Shown piece after piece: positions 19,971 through 32,751 of a stretch of 64,000 bases of DNA. The DNA comes from a bacterium (GTDB lineage Bacteria > Bacillota > Clostridia > Christensenellales > CAG-138). The DNA lies in NCBI GenBank assembly GCA_022778545.1, contig JALFDW010000041.1:1483-65482 (forward strand). Direction: 5' to 3'. The notes below the pieces were generated by a model. That model was not told the DNA's origin. It was given only the letters and a program-made list of their open reading frames with translations, and did not search any database. Within the stretch, counting starts at the first letter, position 1; every line of letters begins with the position of its first letter. Both the position numbers and the translations under genes were made by a program.

Positions 19971-20653
19971 AGATCGACATTGAAAGCAACATTCTGAAGC
20001 ATTATCTCCGGAATGTATATTTCATTACCGGAACAGCATATGCGGGCAAATCCACTATGGTGCGGATGCTTGCCGACCGCTGCGGCATGATCTTCTGCGG
20101 TGAAAACTATCACCATTATATTTTGCCGGAAGGCTTACTCGACCCGAAAATCCAGCCAAACCTGTGCTATTTTGACACGATGGAAAGCTGGCAGGCCTTC
20201 GTGAACCGCACGCCGGAAGAATATGAGGCATGGGTTTCAGGCGGTTCCCGTGAGTCGACGGATATTGAGATCGCGGAGTTACTGCGGCTTTCGGCGGATG
20301 GGCGCAAGATTATCGTGGATACGAACATCCCGCTTCCGATCCTGCACGCGATTTCAGATTATTCCCGCGTGGCGGTGATGCTTTCCCCTTGCAGCATGTC
20401 CGTGGAGCGGTTTTTTGACCGGTCGGATGAAGAAAAACAGTTCCTGCTGCGCCAGATTGAGGTGGCGGAGGATCCGGCTGCGACCATGGCGAATTTCCGT
20501 GCCTGCATCGCGCGCATCAACAGCCCGGAGCATTACGCGGAATACGCGAACAGCGGCTTTTTCACCATCCTGCGGGAGGACACTGAGGCGGATACGCGGG
20601 AAGAAACGCTTGCGGCGCTCATGCGCCATTTCGGGCTGGAACCGAGCGCATAA
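19967..20653 (+). CDS. P-loop NTPase, kinase-like (function unknown)
   Basis: The start ATG overlaps the racemase stop (ATGA). Walker A-like GTAYAGKST lies near the N-terminus. Confidence 0.6.
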   Translation: MKIDIESNILKHYLRNVYFITGTAYAGKSTMVRMLADRCGMIFCGENYHHYILPEGLLDPKIQPNLCYFDTMESWQAFVNRTPEEYEAWVSGGSRESTDIEIAELLRLSADGRKIIVDTNIPLPILHAISDYSRVAVMLSPCSMSVERFFDRSDEEKQFLLRQIEVAEDPAATMANFRACIARINSPEHYAEYANSGFFTILREDTEADTREETLAALMRHFGLEPSA

Positions 20654-20670
20654 ATTCAAAAAACAATGCA

Positions 20671-20700
20671 AAAAAGAGGGCGCGTGCCCTCTTTTTGTTT
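20671..20700. terminator. Bidirectional terminator between convergent genes
   Basis: AGAGGGC (20675-20681) pairs with GCCCTCT (20686-20692). It is flanked by an A-run upstream and a T-run downstream. Confidence 0.75.
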
Positions 20701-20746
20701 GTCGAAAAAATGGAAACTTCCATTTTACGGGTGCTGCCATAACATT

Positions 20747-22123
20747 TCAGCTGCGTTTCCGGTTGGTTTCAGGGGACGCTGTAAGCGGCTCTCCCGTTGA
20801 AAAGAGGTGCGTCTGCGCATATTCCTGCCGGACGGCTTCCGGCACGAGCCGGCCGCCTGTTGCCCACAGTACATGCGTTGCGTTTCCCATGCAGCCGGAA
20901 AGGCCGTGCGCTTCGAGGTAAGCTCCCATTTCCGGTGCGGCGGCAAGCATCGCGGGGGCGGAAAGGCAGGCGCAGGAGGAAGGCTCGATGAAGATCTGCT
21001 CTGTGCTCAAAAGCCCGCGCATCAGGTCATAGAGCCGGTAATCCGCAATCGTATATTCGCCGGAAAGCAGCTCGCGGATCACGCTGCCGACGAACCCGGA
21101 AGGCCGCCCCACGGCGAGGCCGTCCGCATGCGTCTTCCCGGTGAGACCCACATCCTGCACGGAGATTTTGTTGTTGAGGCCTGTGGCAAGGCCGAGCAGC
21201 ATGCAGGGGCACTGCACAGGTTCCACATAGAAAACATGCACATTGTCCCCGTAGATCAGCTTCAGGCCGAACGTGATGCCGCCTGGCGCGCCGCCGACGC
21301 CGCAGGGGATGGTGACAAACAGAGGGTGCTCCGCGTCCACAAGAATGCCCTGCGCCGCGAGCTGCCGCTCAAGCCGTTCGGCCGCCACGGCATACCCCAT
21401 GAAAAGGTCCACGGAGTTTTCGTCATCCACAAAATAGCTCATCGGGTCGGCATCGGAAAGGGCGCGTCCCTGCCGCACGGCTTCGGAATAATCGCCGTCA
21501 TATTCCATCACGCATACGCCTTTGCTGCGCAGAAGATCTTTCTTCCATTGGCGCGCATCCGCGGACATGTGCACCGTGACGCGGAAGCCGAGCGCCGCGC
21601 TCATGATGCCGATGGAAAGCCCAAGGTTGCCCGTTGAGCCCACGGCCACTTCATATTGGCTGAAAAACGCCTTGTATTCCGGGTCGGCAAGCTTTGCGTA
21701 ATCGTCCGTTTCGCGGAGCAGGCCCGCTTCAAGCGCGAGCGTTTCCGCGTGCTTGAGCACCTCGTAAATGCCGCCGCGCGCCTTTACGGAGCCTGCCACG
21801 GCGAGGTCGCTGTCCCGCTTTAAGAACATGCGCCCGGGGAGGCATATGGGGTTGATTGCGCGGAGATACTCCGCCATATGCGGAATTTCCGTGAGCGGGG
21901 ATTCGATCAGCCCGCCGTCCGCCGCGGTCTCGGGGAAGCAGCGCTGAATGTACGGCGCAAACCGGGCAAGCCGCTTTGCGGCATCGTCCACATCCGCGCG
22001 GGTATAGGGGATGGAGACAAGCGCCTCCTCTGCCGGGCGCAGCTGCGGATTGAACCAGACGCACTCCTTCGCTGCGGCGATCTCCCGCACGATGGGAGCG
22101 TTGGGAAACATGTCCGTATTCAT
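20747..22123 (-). CDS. dsdA: D-serine ammonia-lyase (D-serine dehydratase)
   Basis: 458 aa. The DsdA-like N-terminus is ...WFNPQLRPAEEAL...ADVDDAAKRLARFAPYI, with the PLP lysine context SVKARGGIYEV. Confidence 0.9.
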   Translation of the reverse strand: MNTDMFPNAPIVREIAAAKECVWFNPQLRPAEEALVSIPYTRADVDDAAKRLARFAPYIQRCFPETAADGGLIESPLTEIPHMAEYLRAINPICLPGRMFLKRDSDLAVAGSVKARGGIYEVLKHAETLALEAGLLRETDDYAKLADPEYKAFFSQYEVAVGSTGNLGLSIGIMSAALGFRVTVHMSADARQWKKDLLRSKGVCVMEYDGDYSEAVRQGRALSDADPMSYFVDDENSVDLFMGYAVAAERLERQLAAQGILVDAEHPLFVTIPCGVGGAPGGITFGLKLIYGDNVHVFYVEPVQCPCMLLGLATGLNNKISVQDVGLTGKTHADGLAVGRPSGFVGSVIRELLSGEYTIADYRLYDLMRGLLSTEQIFIEPSSCACLSAPAMLAAAPEMGAYLEAHGLSGCMGNATHVLWATGGRLVPEAVRQEYAQTHLFSTGEPLTASPETNRKRS

Positions 22124-22188
22124 CTCAAGTATCCTCCTGTGTTTGCATCGATGAAATTATTTTTTGTGGGAATGTGCACTGCACCATG

Positions 22189-23001
22189 TCAGGCGGGGGG
22201 GTAGACCCGCGTGAGCCAGTGCCATGCGGCAGCGATGCCGAAAATCCCCAACAGGAGGATGAGCGGGCTGCCGGGCAGATACTGCACCAGATATGTGCCT
22301 GCAAGGTTGAAGGTGATGTGCACGAGGATGCTCGACCAAAGCGTGCCCGTGCGCTCAAACATGAGCGTGAGCGCAACGCCCATCAGGAACGCATAAGCGA
22401 TCCAGAGAAGCTGGCCGTGCAGCACCGCAAAAACGAGGCTTGCCAGAACGCACGCGAGCCACGTGGGCATGGCGCGGCGCAGGCGCGTATAGACGAGCCC
22501 GCGGAAAATCACTTCCTCCGCAATGGGGGCGAAAAGCACCGTGGAAAGCGCGCCGACGAGCCCGGGCGTTTCGAGACTTGCCGCAGCTTCGGCATAATCT
22601 GCCATAATGTCCCCCGGGATAGGCAGCAGCACAAGGAGCAGCGAAACCACGGCGGAAAGGCACAGGGCGCCTATGGCAAGGGGGCAGACTGCGCCCGGCA
22701 GGAGCGGGAAAAGGGAGATCTCACGCCCATAGCTCTTCTTCTGCGCCGCAAAAACGGGGAAAAGCAGAAGAAGTGTCAGCGCGTTGGAAATGAGCGTGAT
22801 GAGCGACGTGTTCGCAAGGAGATTTTCCGTGATCTCCGCGCTCGCGTCCGGGCCGGCAGCACCGGAAAGCCCGGTGCGGATGCCTTCGATCAGAGCTGCG
22901 GCAACGCTCACGAAAAGCTGGATGCCGATGAAAAGCAGCGCGTAGCAGGCCGCTTTCCCGAATGCGGTGAGGATCAGCTGAACGCGGGTTTGTTTGGGCA
23001 T
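22189..23001 (-). CDS. CPBP-family intramembrane glutamic endopeptidase (CAAX protease/Abi family)
   Basis: Multi-TM protein with the motifs APIAEEVIFRG, FAVLHG and VHITFN. Confidence 0.85.
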   Translation of the reverse strand: MPKQTRVQLILTAFGKAACYALLFIGIQLFVSVAAALIEGIRTGLSGAAGPDASAEITENLLANTSLITLISNALTLLLLFPVFAAQKKSYGREISLFPLLPGAVCPLAIGALCLSAVVSLLLVLLPIPGDIMADYAEAAASLETPGLVGALSTVLFAPIAEEVIFRGLVYTRLRRAMPTWLACVLASLVFAVLHGQLLWIAYAFLMGVALTLMFERTGTLWSSILVHITFNLAGTYLVQYLPGSPLILLLGIFGIAAAWHWLTRVYPPA

Positions 23002-23156
23002 GTCAGGCAGCGCCTCCTGTTGGAATGATCATGGGCCGATGGAAAAACTATCGGCGTTCTTTATTTTAGCATACTCTGCCGTATTGTGAAACAGCGGAGG
23101 ATTCGCTATAATTATGATGTAAAACGAATTGCGATGCAAAGGAGCGTTAACGTATC

Positions 23157-24062
23157 ATGAATCAACATCTGCTTATTTCCCGTGAGGTGAAAGAAGCGCT
23201 TGCGCAGGGGAAACCCATCGTTGCGCTTGAATCCACCATCATTTCCCACGGCATGCCGTACCCGCAAAACCTTGAGACTGCGCAGGGCTGCGAGCGCGTT
23301 GCCCGCGAACACGGCGCCGTGCCGGCCACCTGCGCCATCCTCGGCGGCAAGCTCTGCGTGGGCCTTGAAGCGGATCAGCTGGATTACCTTGCCCGCACGG
23401 GGACGAAGGTCATCAAGGCGAGCCGCAGGGACATCCCGCTGCTTGTTGCGAAGAAGCTCGATGGCGCGACGACCGTTACCGGCACGATGATCCTTGCTGC
23501 CATGGCGGGAGTGCGCATCCATGCGACGGGCGGCATCGGCGGCGTACACCGCGGTGCGCAGGAGACGATGGACATCTCTGCCGACCTGGAAGAGCTTGGC
23601 AAGACGCCGGTCGTCGTGGTCTGCGCAGGTGCGAAGAGCATCCTGGATCTCCCGCTGACCATGGAATATCTCGAAACGCGCGGCGTGCCCGTCATCGGCT
23701 ATGGCACGGATGAGCTGCCGGCGTTCTACACCCGCAAGAGCGGTCTCCCAGTGGATTACCGGCTGGATACGCCGGAGGAGATCGCCGAGGCGATCCGCAC
23801 CCAGTACGAGCTGGGCTACCACGGTGGCATGCTCGTCACGAACCCGATCCCGGAGGAGGATGCGCTTGACGCGGACTATATCGAGCGCGTGATTGAGGAC
23901 GCCTGTGCGGAAGCGCGCGAACGCGGCATCCACGGGAAAGCGACCACACCCTTCCTGCTTGCCCGCATCCATGAGATCACCGGCGGCAACAGCCTTGCTT
24001 CCAACATCAAGCTGGTGTACAACAACGTGGCGCTCGCTTCGGAGATCGCAAAAAAACTGTAA
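23157..24062 (+). CDS. psuG: Pseudouridine-5'-phosphate glycosidase
   Basis: 301 aa. VALESTIISHGMPYPQN...GGIGGVHRGA...DISADLEELGKTPV is typical of PsuG. Confidence 0.92.
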   Translation: MNQHLLISREVKEALAQGKPIVALESTIISHGMPYPQNLETAQGCERVAREHGAVPATCAILGGKLCVGLEADQLDYLARTGTKVIKASRRDIPLLVAKKLDGATTVTGTMILAAMAGVRIHATGGIGGVHRGAQETMDISADLEELGKTPVVVVCAGAKSILDLPLTMEYLETRGVPVIGYGTDELPAFYTRKSGLPVDYRLDTPEEIAEAIRTQYELGYHGGMLVTNPIPEEDALDADYIERVIEDACAEARERGIHGKATTPFLLARIHEITGGNSLASNIKLVYNNVALASEIAKKL

Positions 24063-24216
24063 TAACGGGGTGCGGAGGGTTGGAAAACAGCCCTCCGCAT
24101 ATCAATTCACAAAATTTCCGCATTTTCGCGCTTCCATTGACCTTCCATTTTGTATAAAATATTTTATACAGAGAACATAGTGCATATGGATCCATGTCGG
24201 AAAGGAAGTGCCAAGG

Positions 24217-24627
24217 ATGGAAAACGCTCCCAATGCCCCTCTTGATACTGAACAGACTGTTGCGACGGAGCCTGCGGAAGCGCCGGGTGGGTTCGTATGC
24301 AAAAACTGCGGGCATGTGCATGAGGATGTGCCGGCAGCAGAGCAGGGGAAGTCCCTGAGCGAGCTGAACCCGCGCACGCTGTTTCTGCGCAACCTGCTTG
24401 CGGTGGTGGCGGCGCTGCTGTTCCTGCTTTCCCTGCTTTCAGACAACAACCACCTTGTATTCAAGGCGGTCGCATACATCGTGGGCGCACTTGCCTACTT
24501 CGGCGAGATCCTGATGCTGACGGACTGCTTCCGCCACAAGCCTTCGGGCAGCGAGCTTTTCATGCCGTATCTGTTCGGCGCGATGTATGTGATCCTCGGC
24601 ATCAGCTATGCCATCGGCCCGCATTGA
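24217..24627 (+). CDS. Hypothetical membrane protein with an N-terminal CxxC..H motif
   Basis: ATG at 24217, 8 nt after AAAGGAAG. FVCKNCGHVHE is followed by three hydrophobic segments. No family recognised. Confidence 0.5.
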   Translation: MENAPNAPLDTEQTVATEPAEAPGGFVCKNCGHVHEDVPAAEQGKSLSELNPRTLFLRNLLAVVAALLFLLSLLSDNNHLVFKAVAYIVGALAYFGEILMLTDCFRHKPSGSELFMPYLFGAMYVILGISYAIGPH

Positions 24628-24664
24628 GCCGCAAAAGAGCAGGATAATTTCGTTTTTTAAAGTG

Positions 24665-24700
24665 AAGCGTCCGCACGTTGTTTCGTGCGGACGCTTTTGC
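24665..24700 (+). terminator. Rho-independent terminator
   Basis: A 13-bp stem pairs AAGCGTCCGCACG with CGTGCGGACGCTT, followed by TTTG. Confidence 0.75.
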
Positions 24701-24721
24701 TTTGCTGCTTATGGTTTTGCT

Positions 24722-25159
24722 TCAGTCGATGCTTACGCAATCGATGTAGATGGTGTGCGTTGCATCACACAGGCCGGCATCTGTGAGCACCAGAGTTTCA
24801 CCGGGTTTCAGGGTGAATTCATTCGCGATGCCGAGACTTTCCAGAAGTGCACCGTCTTTTCGAAGGTCGGTGTAATACTCCGAGTACTCGGACCGGATGG
24901 AAACGGAATCCGCCGTGATCTTTGTTATGGTGAAGTCTGAGAAGGTATCCCCTTTCCTTACCGTATATGTTTCAGGGCTCACTTCTTCCTTGCTGGCATC
25001 TTCCGCAGTTTTATCTTCCCCGGCAAACACCATGTCGGAAGAAAAGTACGACGTGACCTGCAGCGTCGCCGTTCTTTTGCCGGAACAACCGGAAAGCAAC
25101 GCCATCAATCCCATGGCGGTCAACCCCACTTTCAAAAATCGCTTCATCCATTGTTTCAT
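24722..25159 (-). CDS. Hypothetical lipoprotein
   Basis: Signal peptide plus lipobox: MKQWMKRFLKVGLTAMGLMALLSGC. No recognisable domain. Confidence 0.6.
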   Translation of the reverse strand: MKQWMKRFLKVGLTAMGLMALLSGCSGKRTATLQVTSYFSSDMVFAGEDKTAEDASKEEVSPETYTVRKGDTFSDFTITKITADSVSIRSEYSEYYTDLRKDGALLESLGIANEFTLKPGETLVLTDAGLCDATHTIYIDCVSID

Positions 25160-25207
25160 CGGGCACCTCCGTTTTCTGTCATCCCGCTGCCTTTTCCCGG
25201 ATGGATT

Positions 25208-25786
25208 TTACCGGAAACGGCGTCTTAATAGTTGCGGGGGAGGTGAAGCGATGTCAATCTGCGAGAAAGCGGTGCGTTCGGCTTCGTTTTGTGCCTGGAT
25301 CAGCTCGTCGGCAGCTTTTTCGCTGGCAACGCGGCGCTCACGAGCGGCTTGCATCGTTTCCTCCAATTCCGCTTCACTGAGCCTTGCCAAGGTGATGTTG
25401 TTCTTCGACGCGTCGGAATGCTTGCCAAAGTACGCGGAGGCAAGAAGCAGCTCGGAAAGCTGTGCGGAGGGGCGGAAAACGACCTGCTCAAAGGGACGCG
25501 GATTCGGCTGGAGCAGGCTCAGGGCAGAGCCATCCTCCGCCTGCACGGAAATGTGAAACTCGAAGCCGACCCACTGGGAGACGGAAGGGCCTGTGACCTC
25601 AAGCACGCGGACAAACGCCTCGCTGACCACGGAGGCAGGGTCATTGGATGCGGTTTCCCGGACATACAGGGTATCGCCGGGCTGGATCTGCGCGAAAAGC
25701 GCCTGCGCATGTTCGATCGGCCCGTTTTCGCTGCAGTCAAGCGTGAGCGGCAGTTGCAGGCTGAACGGTTCTGTTTGCTGCTTCAT
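25208..25786 (-). CDS. Hypothetical protein
   Basis: 192-aa ORF co-directional with, and just downstream of, ileS. No recognisable motifs. Confidence 0.5.
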   Translation of the reverse strand: MKQQTEPFSLQLPLTLDCSENGPIEHAQALFAQIQPGDTLYVRETASNDPASVVSEAFVRVLEVTGPSVSQWVGFEFHISVQAEDGSALSLLQPNPRPFEQVVFRPSAQLSELLLASAYFGKHSDASKNNITLARLSEAELEETMQAARERRVASEKAADELIQAQNEAERTAFSQIDIASPPPQLLRRRFR

Positions 25787-25810
25787 GTGGAAGATCCTCC
25801 TTGTGTTGGT

Positions 25811-28936
<3,126 letters not shown>

Positions 28937-28961
28937 GCTTTCACTCCTGCTCGGATTATTG

Positions 28962-29218
28962 TTGCAAAATTAAAAGCCTGCGCCCCGAAACGGGACGCAG
29001 GCTGCTGCGCGGTACCACCCGGATTGGCGGCACAGGCCGCCCACTCCTTTTGCGCTGTAACGTGCGCACACGGCGCGGCCTACTGAAAACGCCAAAACGC
29101 TGCGTTCAGCCGCGCGCTCGTGGGTGATGCGTGCGAACCCGTTCCCCGCCGCGCTTGCACCATGCCGCGGCTCGCTTCCGGGCGGTGTTTCGCCGTGTGC
29201 CCCACTCGTTGCTTTACC
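28962..29218 (-). promoter_or_regulatory. T-box riboswitch leader of ileS (specifier AUC, Ile)
   Basis: All reads are on the minus strand. Stem I has the AG bulge AAGCGAG and distal loop GGTGCAA. The specifier context is GCACGC-ATC-A-CCCA-CGAGCG, with ATC at 29128-29126. The T-box motif AATCCGGGTGGTACCGCG lies at 29025-29008. The terminator GCCTGCGTCCCG/CGGGGCGCAGGC is followed by TTTTAATTTT (29003-28962). Confidence 0.88.
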
Positions 29219-29224
29219 GCTTCA

Positions 29225-29253
29225 ATTATATCTGCAAAACGCCTGTTTGTAAA
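29225..29253 (-). promoter_or_regulatory. Candidate promoter of the ileS T-box leader
   Basis: The minus strand reads TTTACA-N17-TATAAT. Confidence 0.55.
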
Positions 29254-29424
29254 GGGATGCGTGCGGTGAATTTGGCCATTTTACGGCCCTGCGGCAAGCT
29301 GTTTTTCTGCGTTTTGCGGGGCGCATCCGCGCGCGGAGGGCATGTTTTTGTTTATTCCGGCAGCAGAACCGCAAAATCTGTGCGATTCGTTACCGCAAGT
29401 TCACAACAATGACGGAATCCGGGT

Positions 29425-29453
29425 TTGAACAGCGGCGGGATTTGTGGTAAAAT
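29425..29453 (+). promoter_or_regulatory. Candidate promoter of ftsH
   Basis: TTGAAC-N17-TAAAAT, with TG two bases upstream of the -10 (extended -10 type). Confidence 0.5.
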
Positions 29454-29518
29454 CACAAGGATAGTTATCCTCGCGAGAGGTATGCTAATCGCGTTGGAAC
29501 TCACAGGAGGATACTCTT

Positions 29519-31543
29519 TTGAAAAAACTGAAGACGCCGCTGATTTACCTTGCCATCATCCTCGTGATCGTCATCGCCATCACGGGGCTTGAAAAGGGCA
29601 ACAGCGCCGAAAGCAAAAAGATCGAATACACGGATTTTGTCGCGATGGTCAAGCGCGGCGAGGTCGCCATGGTGGAGATCACCGAGCGTGAGCTCGTCGG
29701 CCTGAAGAAAAACTCCGAGATCAAGGCGGATCTCTTCCCTTCCCGGTATGATTTCTACTGCTTCATCCCGTCCGAGGAGAGCTTCCGCAACGCCATGAAT
29801 TCCATTGCCGCGGAGCTTACGGGCAAGGATGTGAACACCATCACGGAAGCGGATTATGCGTTCCAGTATACCTATAACCCGCCGCCGGAGGCTTCCATTT
29901 TCGAGATCCTCCTGCCTTACCTGCTGATCCTTGGTGCGTTCGCGCTCTTCTATTATTTCGTGTTCCGTTCGCAGGGCGGCGGCAACCAGATGATGAACTT
30001 CGGCAAGAGCCGCGCGCGCACGCATATCGACCCGCACAACAAGGTCACCTTTGCGGATGTGGAAGGCGCGGATGAGGAAAAGGAAGAGCTCAAGGAGGTC
30101 GTGGAATTCATGCGGGCTCCCAAGCGCTTCACCGAGATGGGCGCGCGCATCCCGAAGGGCGTGCTGCTCGTGGGCCCTCCGGGCACGGGCAAAACGCTGC
30201 TTGCCAAGGCTGTTGCAGGCGAGGCGCAGGTGCCGTTCTTCTCCATCTCCGGTTCGGACTTCGTTGAAATGTTCGTGGGCGTGGGCGCAAGCCGTGTGCG
30301 CGACCTGTTCAGCACCGCAAAGAAGTGCGCACCCGCCGTGGTGTTCATCGATGAGATCGACGCGGTCGGCCGCCAGCGCGGCGCGGGCCTCGGCGGCGGG
30401 CATGATGAGCGCGAGCAGACGCTCAACCAGCTCCTCGTTGAGATGGACGGCTTTGCCGCGAACGAAGGCATCATCGTTATCGCTGCGACGAACCGCCCGG
30501 ACATCCTCGACCCGGCGCTCCTGCGCCCAGGCCGGTTCGACAGGCAGATCACCGTCAACTATCCGGATGTGAAGGGCCGTGAGGCGATCCTGCGTCTGCA
30601 TGCGAAGGGCAAGCCCATGGCGGAGGATGTGGACCTTGCGGTGCTTGCAAAACGCACGCCGGGCTTCACGGGCGCGGACCTTGAAAACGTGCTCAACGAG
30701 GCGGCAATCCTCGCTGCCCGCTTCAAAAAGAAGAAGATCTCCATGATCGAGCTGGAGGAGGCCATCACCCGCACGGTGGTCGGCCCCGAAAAGCGCAGCC
30801 GGGTCATCACGCCGGAGGACAAGCGCATCACGGCGTATCACGAGGCGGGTCATGCCATCGTGGCGAAGAAGCTCAAGAACTGCGACCCTGTGCATGAAGT
30901 TTCGATCATCCCGCGCGGCATGGCGGCAGGCTACACCATGACCATGCCGGAGAATGACGACAACCACATGTCCCGCGGGAAGATCCTGGATGAGATCGCC
31001 ATGATGCTTGGCGGCCGCGTTGCGGAGACCGTCGCGCTCGACGACATCTGCACCGGCGCTTATAATGACCTGCAGCGCGCCACGGAGCTTGCGCGCAAGA
31101 TGGTCGTGGAATTCGGCATGAGCGACGAGATCGGCCCCGTGTTCCTCGGTGGCCAGACGGAGGTGTTCATCGCCAAGGATTGGGGCCACCAGCGCAACTT
31201 CTCCGAGCAGGTGGCGGCCCGTGTGGACGCGGAGATCCGCCGCATCCTCGAGGAACAGTTCGCCCGCGCCCGCGAGGCGATCGAATCCGATCTGCCGGCG
31301 ATGGAGCGCGTCGTTGCGGCACTGATCGAATATGAGCGCATCACCGGCGAAGAGTTCGAGAAACTCTACGACGGCGAGGAAGTGCAGCTTGTTTCCTACC
31401 GCGAGAAGCAGACCGTCCTCGAAACGGCCGACCCTGAGGTGCTTGCCGAGGAGGAAGCCGAGCGCAAGCGCAAGGAGGAAGAAGCGCGCCGCAAGGCGGA
31501 GGAAGAAGCCGCAAAGGCGCAGGCTGAGAAAAAGGACGAATAA
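29519..31543 (+). CDS. ftsH: ATP-dependent zinc metalloprotease FtsH
   Basis: TTG start after the RBS CAGGAGG. It has an N-terminal TM segment, the AAA module [13 protein letters not shown], the zinc motif HEAGHAI and a Lys/Glu-rich tail. Confidence 0.96.
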   Translation: MKKLKTPLIYLAIILVIVIAITGLEKGNSAESKKIEYTDFVAMVKRGEVAMVEITERELVGLKKNSEIKADLFPSRYDFYCFIPSEESFRNAMNSIAAELTGKDVNTITEADYAFQYTYNPPPEASIFEILLPYLLILGAFALFYYFVFRSQGGGNQMMNFGKSRARTHIDPHNKVTFADVEGADEEKEELKEVVEFMRAPKRFTEMGARIPKGVLLVGPPGTGKTLLAKAVAGEAQVPFFSISGSDFVEMFVGVGASRVRDLFSTAKKCAPAVVFIDEIDAVGRQRGAGLGGGHDEREQTLNQLLVEMDGFAANEGIIVIAATNRPDILDPALLRPGRFDRQITVNYPDVKGREAILRLHAKGKPMAEDVDLAVLAKRTPGFTGADLENVLNEAAILAARFKKKKISMIELEEAITRTVVGPEKRSRVITPEDKRITAYHEAGHAIVAKKLKNCDPVHEVSIIPRGMAAGYTMTMPENDDNHMSRGKILDEIAMMLGGRVAETVALDDICTGAYNDLQRATELARKMVVEFGMSDEIGPVFLGGQTEVFIAKDWGHQRNFSEQVAARVDAEIRRILEEQFARAREAIESDLPAMERVVAALIEYERITGEEFEKLYDGEEVQLVSYREKQTVLETADPEVLAEEEAERKRKEEEARRKAEEEAAKAQAEKKDE

Positions 31544-31579
31544 AGCCAGCCTGCTGACTTGCGTAAACTTAAAACATCG

Positions 31580-31612
31580 CATGGGGCGGCCGTTGGCCGC
31601 CCATGTGTTTTT
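31580..31612 (+). terminator. Rho-independent terminator of ftsH
   Basis: CATGGGGCGGCC pairs with GGCCGCCCATG, followed by TGTTTTT. Confidence 0.75.
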
Positions 31613-31632
31613 CAAAGCGAGGAACTGCCACG

Positions 31633-32442
31633 ATGCAACCGTTTGACCTGCATACCCATTCCATTTATTCGGACGGCACGGAAGCGCCTGCCGCCATTGT
31701 GCGCGCGGCAAAGGATGCCGGGCTTGCGTTCGTTGCGCTGACGGATCACGATACCGTCATGGGCGTGCCGGAGGCCATGGCCGAAGGCGCGCGCATCGGC
31801 ATGCGCGTTGTACCCGGCGTGGAGTTTGATGTGGACTATTCCGTCACGATGCATATCCTTGGCTTAGGGATCGACCCGGACGCACCGGAGGTCAGAAAAA
31901 CGCTTGCCGAAAGCGCCGAAAAGCGCGAGCGGCGCAACGCCGCCATGTTTGCGCGCCTGCGGGATGTGGGCTGCCCGATCGAGGATGCTGTGGAGGGCGA
32001 AGGGCTCATCACGCGGCTGCACATGGCCAACGCGCTCGTGAAAAAGGGATATGCCGTGTCCCGGGCGGATGCGTTCGATAAATACCTGCTCAAAGGGAGG
32101 CCCGGCTTTGTGCGCAGCGAGAACATCTCCATCGCGCAGGCGGTCGCCGTGGCACATGCGGCCGGCGGGATCGCGGTGCTGGCGCACCCCTGCCAGATCC
32201 GCGCGGACAAGCATGCCGCCGTGCTTGCGGCGGTTCAAAGCGGCATAGACGGGATCGAAGCGTTTTACCCCGGCACCACGGAGGGGGAGCGCACGCTCTT
32301 CCTTTCGCTCGCCCGCCAGCACGGCCTCATCGTGACATCCGGCAGCGACTTCCACGGCGCGAACCGCCCGGCGGCGACCCTCGGCTGCGCTTTTGTGGAC
32401 ACGCCGCTGCTCCTGCCCGTATTCGAAAGGTTTATGACCTGA
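31633..32442 (+). CDS. PHP-domain phosphoesterase (TrpH/YciV-like)
   Basis: MQPFDLHTHSIYSDGT...ALTDHDT is a typical PHP N-terminus. I prefer the ATG at 31633 because the longer ORF would begin inside the ftsH terminator. Confidence 0.8.
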   Translation: MQPFDLHTHSIYSDGTEAPAAIVRAAKDAGLAFVALTDHDTVMGVPEAMAEGARIGMRVVPGVEFDVDYSVTMHILGLGIDPDAPEVRKTLAESAEKRERRNAAMFARLRDVGCPIEDAVEGEGLITRLHMANALVKKGYAVSRADAFDKYLLKGRPGFVRSENISIAQAVAVAHAAGGIAVLAHPCQIRADKHAAVLAAVQSGIDGIEAFYPGTTEGERTLFLSLARQHGLIVTSGSDFHGANRPAATLGCAFVDTPLLLPVFERFMT

Positions 32443-32655
32443 CAGGCCTGCTTTTTCATCAAATGGCCGTATAAAACGCACGAAATGCAAAACAAATGCC
32501 CGGGATCCGCTGCTTTTCGCGGGAAATGGGCGTTATTTTTTGCGCAAACGCAAGTCCGGAAGCCGAATTATGCATGCGCCTGATGAAAAAAGAAGAGTAA
32601 CATAAGGAAAACTTATCCAAAGTGCTGTTTCCCTTCATTTTCATTGCAGCACGCG

Positions 32656-32684
32656 TTGCTTCTCTCCGCGAATTTTGGTATACT
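32656..32684 (+). promoter_or_regulatory. Candidate promoter of prs
   Basis: TTGCTT-N17-TATACT, with an upstream TGG (extended -10-like). Confidence 0.45.
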
Positions 32685-32751
32685 TTTACTTGGTGGAGAC
32701 CGGGCTTCCGGATTCTGCCGAAAAACCACTGATAGGGGATTTTGAATCGAT

